Source of the DNA: Blastocatellia bacterium
Lineage (GTDB): Bacteria; Acidobacteriota; Blastocatellia; UBA7656
Length of the DNA: 40,000 bases
NCBI GenBank assembly: GCA_963726785.1
Contig: CAVSDJ010000007.1
Span: 2,169,248-2,209,247 of the forward strand
Reading direction: 5' to 3'
Under the pieces are notes generated by a model that made no database searches, was not told the DNA's origin, and saw nothing but the letters and a program-made list of their open reading frames with translations. Made by a program: the position numbers and the translations under genes. Below are positions 10,097 to 19,244 of the stretch, piece after piece (positions within the stretch are counted from its first letter, which is position 1; the number at the start of each line of letters is the position of its first letter).

Positions 10097-10864
10097 TCAA
10101 TTGTCATAGCAGGGCGCTTTCACTGGAAATTCGCTCTCGGTCGGCTTGTCATTCATAAATACGCCTTTCTTATCTATGTGACCGTAGCTCCCGAAAAAAC
10201 GAGGAGCGCAGCAAAGACATCTTCCTACATAGCAAATCCGACCAATGGAAACTCGCGCTTGACCATTACGAAAAGGCTCCGCGTGAGCGAAAGCCGGTTC
10301 AACGACAAACGCGCCTGTTTTGTCTACGTAGCCAAACTTGCTCGGTCTTCCGCACATAGACTGACTCTCTGCTCCTACATCAACATGAGCCAGGCTTTCT
10401 GAGAAATCTCCCGCGTATAGAAACTTCATCGGGATGACAACTTGCCCGCTTCTGTCAACGTAGCCCCATTTGAGATTGTGAAGCAATCTGTCCCTATAAG
10501 ACCTTTTCTCCTTGTCATCCGTGTCTGGTACGGCGGCTGCCGCAAGGCCCTCACAGAAATCGCGCAGAACTGAGTATCGCAATTCAACAACTATACGACC
10601 GCTTTCATCAATGTATCCCCACTTGTAGTCGGAGAGTCTTATCTTTGGATGATTCTTTATCTACACGGCCCACTCGCGCCACCCCATCATTGAATGGGAG
10701 CGCAATATCGAACTGCGGCGCTATCACCGTCTTGCCTTTTTTGTCGGCATAGCCCCACTTCCCTTTGACCTGCACAGGCATAAGCTGCGGAGTCGTTTGC
10801 GCCTGCCTGCGACGGAGGTCTGAAACACCAGCAGGATGAGACAAGCAGATATGATGTGCTTCAT
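10097..10864 (-). pseudogene. WG-repeat (KWG-type) secreted protein gene broken into three reading frames
   Basis: GGAGGTG RBS then MKHIISACLILLVFQTSVAG signal peptide (start 10864). WG repeats (KWGYADKKGKTVIAPQF, YKWGYIDESGR, KWGYVDRSGQVVIPMKF, FGYVDKTGAFVVEPAF) continue in two other frames, implying two frameshifts. Confidence 0.6.
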
Positions 10865-10874
10865 ATTCATCACC

Positions 10875-11084
10875 TCCAATAATGACGCCGAGAAGGAATG
10901 TGACTGCAAATATCTTTGCCCAAAAGCGCGCGGCTTTGTTGTATCGCTCGTCTTTTTTCCAGATGGCAAGCGTCTTGAACAGGACGATCAATGGAGCAAG
11001 CCCCATCGTCAATTGCGGAAACAGATAATGAAACGTGATTGTAAAAGCAAACTGCAAACGGTCAACCGTAAGCGCGCTGTCCAC
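10875..11084 (-). pseudogene. cydA: 5' fragment (about 70 codons) of cytochrome bd oxidase subunit I
   Basis: MDSALTVDRLQFAFTITFHYLFPQLTMGLAPLIVLFKTLAIWKKDERYNKAARFWAKIFAVTFLLGV matches the conserved CydA N-terminus. Similarity ends abruptly where the WG-repeat gene RBS begins. Confidence 0.65.
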
Positions 11085-11137
11085 AATTCACCTCCACTTT
11101 GACAAGTGTAGCGATAACTCAATGTTTTATAGCTGGT

Positions 11138-11209
11138 CACAGTACCGCGAGCGGTAGCGAGTGGGTAGGCTTGATTGCTGACCCGCTCGCTACTGCTCGC
11201 GGTACTGTG
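11138..11209. repeat. Long hairpin (29 bp stem, 14 nt loop) 22 nt downstream of the xfp stop
   Basis: Arms 11138-11166 and 11181-11209 pair at 27 Watson-Crick positions plus 2 G-T positions when read on the + strand. Confidence 0.8.
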
Positions 11210-11230
11210 GTGTTTGCACAATGGACCGGC

Positions 11231-13609
11231 TTATCTATTCCATTTCCAATCACGAATCTCAGGCAAATCATCGCCGTGCTGCGTTATATATTCTCTATGC
11301 TCGATCAGCTTGTCACGCATTCTCTGTTTCACATGCGCGGCAACGCGCTCAAGGCGCGGCACGCGCTCGATGACATCAATCACAAGATGAAAACGATCAA
11401 GGTCGTTTAGCACCACCATATCAAATGGAGTCGTCGTGGTTCCTTCCTCCTTGTAGCCTCGCACATGCAGATTTCTGTGATTCGTTCGGCGGTAGGTCAG
11501 CCGGTGAATCAGCCACGGGTAACCGTGAAAAGCAAAGATCACAGGTTTATCTATGGTGAAGAGAGAATCGAAATCTTTATCCGACAAACCGTGCGGGTGT
11601 TCTGTAGCCGGTTGAAGCTTCATCAGATCAACTACGTTTACCACGCGCACTTTCAGGTCGGGGAAGAACTGGCGGAGCAGGTCTACTGCGGCCAGAGTCT
11701 CAAGCGTTGGAACGTCTCCCGCGCAAGCCATCACCACATCGGGTTCGACGCCCTCATCATTGCTCGCCCATTGCCATATGCTGATTCCGGCGGTGCAGTG
11801 CTTTATGGCGGCGTCCATATCCAGGTACTGCAACGCGGGTTGCTTTCCGGCTACGATGACGTTGACGTAATTGCGACTTCGCAGGCAGTGGTCTGTTACC
11901 GAAAGCAAGGTGTTCGCGTCCGGCGGAAGATAGACACGGATGACCTCTGATTTCTTATTAACTACGTGATCAATGAAGCCCGGGTCTTGATGGCTGAACC
12001 CGTTGTGATCTTGCCGCCAGACGTGAGAAGTCAGCAGGTAGTTCAGCGAAGCAATAGGCCGCCGCCATTCGATGTGGCGTGTAGTCTTCAACCACTTGGC
12101 GTGCTGATTGAACATCGAATCCACGATGTGAATAAAAGCCTCATAACATGAAAAGAGTCCGTGTCGCCCTGTCAGAAGATACCCCTCAAGCCAGCCCTGG
12201 CACATGTGCTCGCTCAACACTTCCATCACACGACCATCCGCAGAGAGGTGATCATCGCCCGGCAGGACCGTGGCCGCCCAGACTCTGTCAGTCGCTTCAA
12301 AGAGCGCGTTGAGGCGATTTGAAGCGGTCTCGTCCGGCCCCATCACGCGAAAGTTTTTGCTGTCGGCGTTACGCTTCATCACGTCGCGCAGGAATTTCCC
12401 CATCACGCGAGTTGCTTCCGCTTCAACGTTACCCGGTACGGGCACTTCCACGGCATAGTCGCAGAAATCAGGCATCCGCAGGTCTTTGAGCAAGAGTCCG
12501 CCGTTGGCATGCGGGTTCGCTCCCATGCGGCGGTCGCCTCTCGGAGCCAACTCCGCAAATTCCGCGCGCAGACTTCCATTCTCATCAAAGAGTTCTTCAG
12601 GCTTATAGCTCAACATCCACTGTTCGAGCATACGTAAATGCTCAGGCTTGCTGGCCAACTCCGAAAGCGGCACCTGATGCGAGCGAAAAGTACCTTCCAT
12701 CTCTAAGCCGTCCACAGCCTTTGGCCCTGTCCATCCCTTTGGAGACTTGAGCACGATCATCGGCCACTGCGGGCGGTTATGGAAACCGTTAAGCCGCGCT
12801 TCTTTTTGTATGGCCTCGATCTCGGAAAGCGCATTCTCAAGAGTCGCCGCCATCAGGTGGTGCATCTGTTCCGGTTCACTCCCCTCGACGTAATAGGGGT
12901 GATAGCCGTAGCCGACCAGCAGGCTCGTTAATTCTTCTTTGCTGATACGCGCAAGCACGGTCGGGTTAGCTATCTTATAACCGTTCAGGTGCAGTATCGG
13001 CAGCACAGCGCCATCTCGCACAGGGTTCACAAACTTGTTAGAGTGCCAACTGGCAGCAAGCGGGCCGGTTTCCGCCTCGCCATCGCCGATGACGCAGCAG
13101 GCAATCAAGTCAGGGTTATCAAAGACTGCGCCATAAGCGTGCAGCAATGCGTAGCCGAGTTCTCCGCCTTCGTGAATTGAGCCGGGAGTTTCGGGCGCTA
13201 CGTGACTGGGGATGCCGCCGGGAAAAGAGAACTGCTTGAACAGTCTTTTCATCCCTTCCGCATCCTGAGAAATATTCGGATAAACCTCGCTGTAGGTTCC
13301 TTCCAAATACGTGCTGGCGACCAGCCCCGGCCCGCCGTGCCCCGGCCCCGCGATATAAATCACATTCAAATCGTGCTCTTTAATCAGGCGATTGAGGTGG
13401 ACGTAAATAAAGTTCAACCCCGGCGTTGTGCCCCAATGACCGAGCAGGCGCGGCTTGACGTGTTCGAGTTTCAGAGGCTCGCGTAGCAACGGGTTATCGT
13501 AAAGATATATTTGCCCGACTGAAAGATAGTTTGCCGCCCTCCAATAAGCGTTAATGCGGCGAACATCATCAGCATCGAGCGGTGAGCCATCCGTTTCAAG
13601 CGTCTTCAT
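11231..13609 (-). CDS. xfp: Xylulose-5-phosphate/fructose-6-phosphate phosphoketolase
   Basis: 792 aa. N-terminus [17 protein letters not shown], then [11 protein letters not shown] and EGGELGYAL motifs, typical of phosphoketolases at typical length. Confidence 0.95.
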   Translation of the reverse strand: MKTLETDGSPLDADDVRRINAYWRAANYLSVGQIYLYDNPLLREPLKLEHVKPRLLGHWGTTPGLNFIYVHLNRLIKEHDLNVIYIAGPGHGGPGLVASTYLEGTYSEVYPNISQDAEGMKRLFKQFSFPGGIPSHVAPETPGSIHEGGELGYALLHAYGAVFDNPDLIACCVIGDGEAETGPLAASWHSNKFVNPVRDGAVLPILHLNGYKIANPTVLARISKEELTSLLVGYGYHPYYVEGSEPEQMHHLMAATLENALSEIEAIQKEARLNGFHNRPQWPMIVLKSPKGWTGPKAVDGLEMEGTFRSHQVPLSELASKPEHLRMLEQWMLSYKPEELFDENGSLRAEFAELAPRGDRRMGANPHANGGLLLKDLRMPDFCDYAVEVPVPGNVEAEATRVMGKFLRDVMKRNADSKNFRVMGPDETASNRLNALFEATDRVWAATVLPGDDHLSADGRVMEVLSEHMCQGWLEGYLLTGRHGLFSCYEAFIHIVDSMFNQHAKWLKTTRHIEWRRPIASLNYLLTSHVWRQDHNGFSHQDPGFIDHVVNKKSEVIRVYLPPDANTLLSVTDHCLRSRNYVNVIVAGKQPALQYLDMDAAIKHCTAGISIWQWASNDEGVEPDVVMACAGDVPTLETLAAVDLLRQFFPDLKVRVVNVVDLMKLQPATEHPHGLSDKDFDSLFTIDKPVIFAFHGYPWLIHRLTYRRTNHRNLHVRGYKEEGTTTTPFDMVVLNDLDRFHLVIDVIERVPRLERVAAHVKQRMRDKLIEHREYITQHGDDLPEIRDWKWNR

Positions 13610-13639
13610 TTTGATAACGACCTTTCTTTATCCGAAAGA

Positions 13640-14887
13640 TTAATAGCGTTGCGCCGCGCCGCGAATCACTCGTACTGTGTCGCGCGCGATCAACAACTCT
13701 TCATTTGTGGGAATGACGTAAGCTGCCAGCCGTGACCCGTCGCGGCTGATTACGCCTTCAAGCCCGTCTGTCATTGTCCGGTTGCGCTCCGCGTCCAGTT
13801 CAAGCCCCATCCATTGTAAACCGTCGCATATCGAAGCGCGCACCTCTGCCGAGTTTTCGCCAATGCCTCCCGTGAATACAATTGCATCTGCGCCATTCAT
13901 CGCCGCCAGATAGGCTCCCGTATATTTGCGCGCGCGATAGCAGAAAATTTCAATCGCGAGCCGCGCCCGACGATCATTGTTTTCATGTGCTTCTGCAAGT
14001 AGCTCGCGCATATCATTAGTCATGCCGGAGATGCCGATCAGCCCCGATTGCTTGTTCAGCATGGTTTCGATTTCATGCGCCGACAGACCTTCTTTGGCGG
14101 CGACGAAATCAACAATCGCCGGATCAACATCGCCCGAACGCGTGCCCATCACCAGCCCTTCGAGCGGCGTCAATCCCATCGAAGTGTCAACCGAGTTTCC
14201 CTCGCGAATCGCCGCAGCCGAACAGCCGTTGCCCAGATGCAGCGTGATGATGTTAGTTTGTTCGCGCGGGACGTTCGTTATCTGGCGATACCGATACGCA
14301 ACATAGCGGTGCGATGTGCCGTGAAAACCGTATCGCCGGATGCGGTGGCGGCGATAGAGTTGATACGGAAGCGCGTAAAGATAAGCGTGTTCCGTCATCG
14401 TCTGGTGGAATGCCGTATCGAAGACGGCTGCCTGCGGCAGGCCCGGGCCAAAGACTTCGCGCGCCGCCACAATGCCCTTGATGTTTGCCGGGTTGTGCAG
14501 CGGAGCAAGCTCGATGCAGTCTTCGATGCCACGCAAAACTTCATCCGTGACAAGAACGGAATGAGTGAACTTCTCGCCGCCATGCACAACGCGGTGTCCG
14601 ACTGCATGAATGTCAGCCAGGCTAGTGATGCCCGTGATTCCTGAATCTTCAGAGCATACCCATCGCAAGACGAGTTCAAGCGCAGCGCGAAAGTCGCGCA
14701 AGGGAGCAGTTGATCGCCCGGGCGCGCGGTCTTCCTTCTGCAATGTGATGATTGCTTCGCCGCCGATACGTTCGATTGTGCCGCGCGCCAATCGCTGATC
14801 GGTGTTACTGGCTATTTGTTCCAGATCGGTGGCTATCAACTGAAACTTAACTGAAGAACTGCCGCAATTGAGTACGAGAATATTCAT
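13640..14887 (-). CDS. ackA: Acetate kinase
   Basis: 415 aa. [18 protein letters not shown]-terminus, [22 protein letters not shown] motifs. Directly upstream of xfp on the same strand, forming the phosphoketolase pathway pair. Confidence 0.95.
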   Translation of the reverse strand: MNILVLNCGSSSVKFQLIATDLEQIASNTDQRLARGTIERIGGEAIITLQKEDRAPGRSTAPLRDFRAALELVLRWVCSEDSGITGITSLADIHAVGHRVVHGGEKFTHSVLVTDEVLRGIEDCIELAPLHNPANIKGIVAAREVFGPGLPQAAVFDTAFHQTMTEHAYLYALPYQLYRRHRIRRYGFHGTSHRYVAYRYRQITNVPREQTNIITLHLGNGCSAAAIREGNSVDTSMGLTPLEGLVMGTRSGDVDPAIVDFVAAKEGLSAHEIETMLNKQSGLIGISGMTNDMRELLAEAHENNDRRARLAIEIFCYRARKYTGAYLAAMNGADAIVFTGGIGENSAEVRASICDGLQWMGLELDAERNRTMTDGLEGVISRDGSRLAAYVIPTNEELLIARDTVRVIRGAAQRY

Positions 14888-15109
14888 AAGTGATAATCAA
14901 TTTTAGCCCTCGCAACTCTTAAACCTGAAGCGGGTTGTTGAAATCTTCACTCAAAGGTCATAACATGTCATAGCAACCTTTCTCACAGAGGTTGGAAGCC
15001 GCCCATTCTCCGTGGCTGATCTTTAGCTTGTTGGACGGTTATATCTGCAACGAAGGCCGATCCGGTGGGAGCATCTGGTCGTCGTCATTTTTCTCCTCGG
15101 AGTGATAAA

Positions 15110-16198
15110 GTGAAGATACTATTCCTTGCGGCGAATCCTGTGGATGTAGTCACACAATTACGAATGGACCGGGAGATTCGCGAGATCCGTCGGAAGATTC
15201 GCATGGGCACGCTTAGAGATCATCTTGAGATCGTTTCGGAGTGGGCCGTCAGGGCTGGCGACCTGCAAGAGGCGTTGCTGAGGCATCAACCCGATATAGT
15301 TCACTTCAGCGGCCACTGTAGTCAAACCAGTGGGATCGTACTGGAAGATGAAGCCGGAAATCGTAAGGTGGTTAACAGAAAAGCGCTTCGCGACCTGTTC
15401 AGGATATTGAAGGACAATATTCGAATGGTTGTGCTGAACGCATGCTATGCGAGGGATCAGGCGAAGGCTTTAGCGACGACGATTGACTTCACGATTGGAA
15501 TGACCTCTGAGATAGAAGACAAAGCCGCCATCGTCTTCTCTTCACACTTTTATCAATCGCTGGCGTTTGGTCGCTCGGTGAAAGAATCATTTGACCTGGC
15601 GGTGAACCAGCTTGAGCTTGAAGGCATTGACGTTGCGCACGTGCCGGAACTGCTGGTGCGGGACGGCGCGAACGCAGCCAGAACTCGAATCGTCAGGCCG
15701 AATCGCCGCTCTGTGGAGCCTAAAAGCAAACTTGCCAAGTTTAGAAGGCGAAAGGTCGCGGTGGCCGGAGCCAGGATGAGACCCTCGCTCATCCCTAAGA
15801 ACAAGCTCAATGTCACGATTAGCGGGCAAGCGATGCGGGGACTCGCTAGCAAGGAACGGGAAGGCAAACCTCGCCCGCTTGCTTTCTTGCTCTGGCTGTT
15901 CGCCTGCATCGCAATCAACCTGATCACAGATGTCTTGCGCCGGTTATTTATCAGCAACGGCGGTCGGTTGGACATGGCTTGTATGATAATACAAGCCGTT
16001 CTTATCGCGCTCGCGGTCATAGCCGCCGCTCTCGCAGGCATATCGCTGGTGCGCCCGACCAGTTCGCTTGTAGAGAAAGCTGCCAGCTTAAGCGTCTTTA
16101 AAGAACCACGTAATGCTCAAATGGCAGCCATCTTAACAGGAATGGCTCTGGTCATCGCTCTCGGTTTGTGGCTGTCTATTCCCGTTTTTGCTAGTTAG
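15110..16198 (+). CDS. Minimal CHAT/caspase-like domain protein with C-terminal transmembrane region
   Basis: GTG start 8 nt after GGAG (the ORF track starts at 15065). KILFLAANP...IVHFSGHC...VVLNACYA gives a His/Cys dyad layout like CHAT domains. Three hydrophobic helices in the last 110 aa. Confidence 0.6.
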   Translation: MKILFLAANPVDVVTQLRMDREIREIRRKIRMGTLRDHLEIVSEWAVRAGDLQEALLRHQPDIVHFSGHCSQTSGIVLEDEAGNRKVVNRKALRDLFRILKDNIRMVVLNACYARDQAKALATTIDFTIGMTSEIEDKAAIVFSSHFYQSLAFGRSVKESFDLAVNQLELEGIDVAHVPELLVRDGANAARTRIVRPNRRSVEPKSKLAKFRRRKVAVAGARMRPSLIPKNKLNVTISGQAMRGLASKEREGKPRPLAFLLWLFACIAINLITDVLRRLFISNGGRLDMACMIIQAVLIALAVIAAALAGISLVRPTSSLVEKAASLSVFKEPRNAQMAAILTGMALVIALGLWLSIPVFAS

Positions 16199-16298
16199 TA
16201 CAACCGCAGCTATTGCAATTGAGTGTATGCCCATTCAAATCGAATCAGCATCTCGTTAATGCCCGGAGACAGCTTTGACAGATATGTCCGCAATACGC

Positions 16299-17009
16299 TC
16301 ATTCATCAGATTCCCCTTTTTTGCGTAGTATATAGACAGCTTTAACAGATATGTCCGCAATACCCTCCCGCCGGTACTGCCGTGACACAGCGACCTTCGC
16401 GTAAACCTCCGATTCAGAAATCCGCTTTAGAGTAATCGCTTGACCCAGCTTGCCTAGACGGAAGTCGAGGTGCGCGCCATCCAGATCAATCTCGTTTGAA
16501 GAGAAATGGATTATCATATCGGCATTCTTTTCCATAGTCGCGCGCACCTGCAACTTGCCGTCTTTGCTTTGCCACCGCCAAACTTCTTCGCTCTGAGGGT
16601 CTCGCATCTGATGGCTTCGCATCTGATGGCTTCGCATCTGATGGCCTCGCGTCGCCCCTTTCATGAAAAAGGCTCGCCAACTCTCGACCATCTGTAGCAG
16701 GTATTCGGCCAGACGTTGCTGCAATGAAGCCTCTATTTCAATTTCTAAAGATTCGGCGACGGCCTGCCTGAGCATCTGATCTACGAGCGCAACATCCTCA
16801 TCCGTAATCTGCCGATCTGTTAATGCCGCGCTCTCTTCTCGCAGCAGTTCCAGTTGCCTCTCGCAAATGAAGCATTGTTTCAGATGCGCTTCCATTCTGG
16901 CGCGACGGATCTGGTCGCGCTCATTGTCGCAATAAGCGACAAGCTCGCTTTCGGTCAAGTGAATGAACTTGAGATTTCGCAGTTCATATTCCAGATCTTT
17001 TCTCTTCAT
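16299..17009 (-). CDS. Anti-sigma factor (zf-HC2 type)
   Basis: 236 aa. N-terminal HLKQCFICERQLELL zinc-finger anti-sigma motif. Overlaps the 3' end of the upstream sigma factor gene. Contains HQMRS x3 repeat. Confidence 0.65.
   Translation of the reverse strand: MKRKDLEYELRNLKFIHLTESELVAYCDNERDQIRRARMEAHLKQCFICERQLELLREESAALTDRQITDEDVALVDQMLRQAVAESLEIEIEASLQQRLAEYLLQMVESWRAFFMKGATRGHQMRSHQMRSHQMRDPQSEEVWRWQSKDGKLQVRATMEKNADMIIHFSSNEIDLDGAHLDFRLGKLGQAITLKRISESEVYAKVAVSRQYRREGIADISVKAVYILRKKGESDE
16602..16646. repeat. 15 bp in-frame tandem repeat, 3 copies
   Basis: tcgcatctgatggct repeated three times (third copy has one substitution). Encodes HQMRSHQMRSHQMRD within the anti-sigma ORF. Confidence 0.9.
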
Positions 17010-17728
17010 CGCGCTCCCCTTTCTTTATAATATCAAGTCGCTTGCGAAGCTTTATTATCGCACGCTGACGAATTTTTGTGACGTTGCTTACGGTTAATTC
17101 GAGCCTTTCAGCGATTTCTTGAGGCGACTGTTCCTCCAAATAGTAATAGCTTAAAATCAACGCTTCTCTTTCACTGAGTTGCGAGAGCGCATCCCGAACC
17201 AAAAGGGTCGTCTCCGGCAGCGCGGCTTCAATAAGGTGTGACGGGTGATCTTCGGAATCAGGCAGTGCCCCGGCGAAAGCAATGCCCATCGCATCAATGG
17301 CCTTTCGTATTTTCTCGACCAGTGAGTTCAATTTTCTCTGCAATCTCTTCAATCGTCGGATTGCGCTGGAGCATTTTTATTAATTCGGCTTCTGCCCGTT
17401 TGATCTTACGGCAGATTTCTTCCTGCTGGCGAGCCATATCGCGTGTGAGTTCCGAGCCGTCAAAAATTGACCCGCGAATATAGCGGCGCGCAAAGTATTT
17501 GAACTCCACACCACGACTTGGATCAAATCGTTCAATGGCTTTCATCAATCCCATTACCCCATCTTGCCTCAAATCCTTCCAGTTGGCCCAGCTTGCGGAC
17601 TGCGATATTCGTTTTGCCCACTCATCGACCAGAGGCAAATAAAACAAGATCAATTCTTTTCGCGCAGTTTCGTCTCTCTGGCTGAAACGCTCCCACAAGT
17701 TGAATTCGTGTTCGGTCATGCTTGTCAC
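16984..17728 (-). pseudogene. FliA/WhiG-type sigma-70 family factor split by a frameshift
   Basis: ORF 17294-17728 carries regions 2-3 (FYLPLVDEWA, DLRQDGVMGLMKAIERFDP). ORF 16984-17352 carries region 4 (LSEREALILSYYYLEEQSPQEIAERLELTVSNVTKIRQRAI). Removing one A from the A4 run (T4 at 17332-17335 on +) gives continuous EIAEKLNSLVEKIRKAID. Confidence 0.7.
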
Positions 17729-18022
17729 CGAGAGTCAACCGCCTGCAGGGATGATGCGCTGGTTGCAGCCGTCGAAGAGACCGCCGCCTGGATATATCTT
17801 CGCCCCGGGAAAGAGTGCTGGCGGGATGCGCGACATTGCACCCCTCCATCAGATTTAAAGTTATCCACATTGCGCTCGATACTTCAAGCCAGCGATTTCG
17901 CGGTCAACACAAAAATGAAAAAAAGTTTCTTCCCTGTGTCCACCTTTCGTTGGCTTTTGCCCATTAGGAAAACGAAGGGAAGCTGGCTCAATCAAAAGTC
18001 GGCTTAAGAAAAGGAGAAACTT

Positions 18023-18259
18023 ATGAATAAAACTTTGCAAGGAAACCTGGTAACCCGCACCCGACAGCGATGGGGGGCTCGTTTTTTTCTTTTGGCGTTG
18101 TTGCTGACGCTTAGCTTGACGAGCCTTAAACTGACTGCTTCTGCCCAGGCCTGTTTCGAGGCATGCCAACAAGCCTACGTTCAGTGTTTAGCGTCGTTCC
18201 CGGAAGACCAGGCCCGCTGCGACGACCGTTACGACGCCTGCCTGGTGGGCTGCATGTAA
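18023..18259 (+). CDS. Small secreted cysteine-rich protein
   Basis: 78 aa. AAGGAG RBS, signal-like FFLLALLLTLSLTSLKLTASAQA, then a 36 aa tail with 6 Cys (CFEAC...C...C...C..GC). Confidence 0.6.
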   Translation: MNKTLQGNLVTRTRQRWGARFFLLALLLTLSLTSLKLTASAQACFEACQQAYVQCLASFPEDQARCDDRYDACLVGCM

Positions 18260-18279
18260 TAAAGGCGAAAGGAAAAACC

Positions 18280-19077
18280 ATGAAAATCCTAATTAGCGCA
18301 TTGATACTGGGCAGTCTGCTTTGCACAGGACTGTTAGCCTCGTCCTCTGAAAAACCAGTTCAGCCCACCCCCGCTATTTCAATTGGAGAAGCAGATCAAT
18401 CTGCTTCTCCCGTATCCATCGGCGAGGTGTTGCGTGCACATAATGCTCCGCAGAACATTGATGTCTTGTCGGCCTGCGACGGTGAAGCCGTGAGACTGAC
18501 TTCACGCCCTCCCGGAATTGACCATGAATTGCCGAGCTTCTTTGAGCGGCACGTGTCGGTCGTGTGGGCCGGTAACGCCTACAAACGATATACGGCGGAT
18601 CCGCTGAGGCTGAGAGAACAATTCGACCTGTTTGATGGTAGTGCGCCTTACCATGCTGTGACCGAAGGAGGAATGCTGGCCGAAGAAGCTAATACAAGAG
18701 CCGAGTCGGTTGAGTTCGGCGTCAAGACATTCGGCCTCGTTCCGGTTCTCAAACAGCTCTCGGACCCGACGACGGAAGCCGTCTATTTGGGACGTACAGC
18801 CTACAGGCAAGATAAGTTCGACATTAAGACGGCGACCGGCAGATGGACGCTTTATACTGATATGGAGCATCTCGTAAGCCGAATAGAAGTAGGCGACAAG
18901 GTCATAGAGTATGCGAGCTATCGCTCGGTTGACGGCATTCGACTGCCGTTCATTCAGCGGTTATCTATCGGCGGGCAGCTAATCCAGGAGTTGATCTTCA
19001 CCAGAATAGCCCTTAATCCGAAGCTTGCTCCCAATTATTTCAGACGCGAGACCCCCTCGAAGCCGACAGACCGTTGA
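18280..19077 (+). CDS. Secreted hypothetical protein (possibly LolA-like fold)
   Basis: ATG at 18280 after AGGAAAAACC. MKILISALILGSLLCTGLLASS signal peptide. The ORF track extends upstream to 18163 but that part lacks a signal or RBS. Confidence 0.6.
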   Translation: MKILISALILGSLLCTGLLASSSEKPVQPTPAISIGEADQSASPVSIGEVLRAHNAPQNIDVLSACDGEAVRLTSRPPGIDHELPSFFERHVSVVWAGNAYKRYTADPLRLREQFDLFDGSAPYHAVTEGGMLAEEANTRAESVEFGVKTFGLVPVLKQLSDPTTEAVYLGRTAYRQDKFDIKTATGRWTLYTDMEHLVSRIEVGDKVIEYASYRSVDGIRLPFIQRLSIGGQLIQELIFTRIALNPKLAPNYFRRETPSKPTDR

Positions 19078-19079
19078 AT

Positions 19080-19116
19080 CAAAGCCCCTCGGATGACATA
19101 GGCATCCGAGGGGCTT
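19080..19116 (+). terminator. Stem-loop immediately after the 18280-19077 stop
   Basis: Perfect 15 bp stem aaagcccctcggatg / catccgaggggcttt with a 7 nt loop. No clear U tract follows. Confidence 0.5.
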
Positions 19117-19244
19117 TGACCTGCCAGGCGATTTTGAGATTTACACAGAGATTGCGGTGTTGTATTCTCGCTAAGTCCTTCTCGGTTGTTTTAATTCCAG
19201 ATCATTACCAGGTTAGGAAAATCTTGATACATAAAGCCCCCTCA

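Noticed and set aside
19080-19116. The hairpin after 19077 as a REP element like those at 9942 and 11138
   Set aside because: It has a short 15 bp perfect stem directly after a stop codon and no internal unit repeats. It is more simply a transcription terminator or mRNA-stabilising stem, so it is listed as a terminator at moderate confidence.
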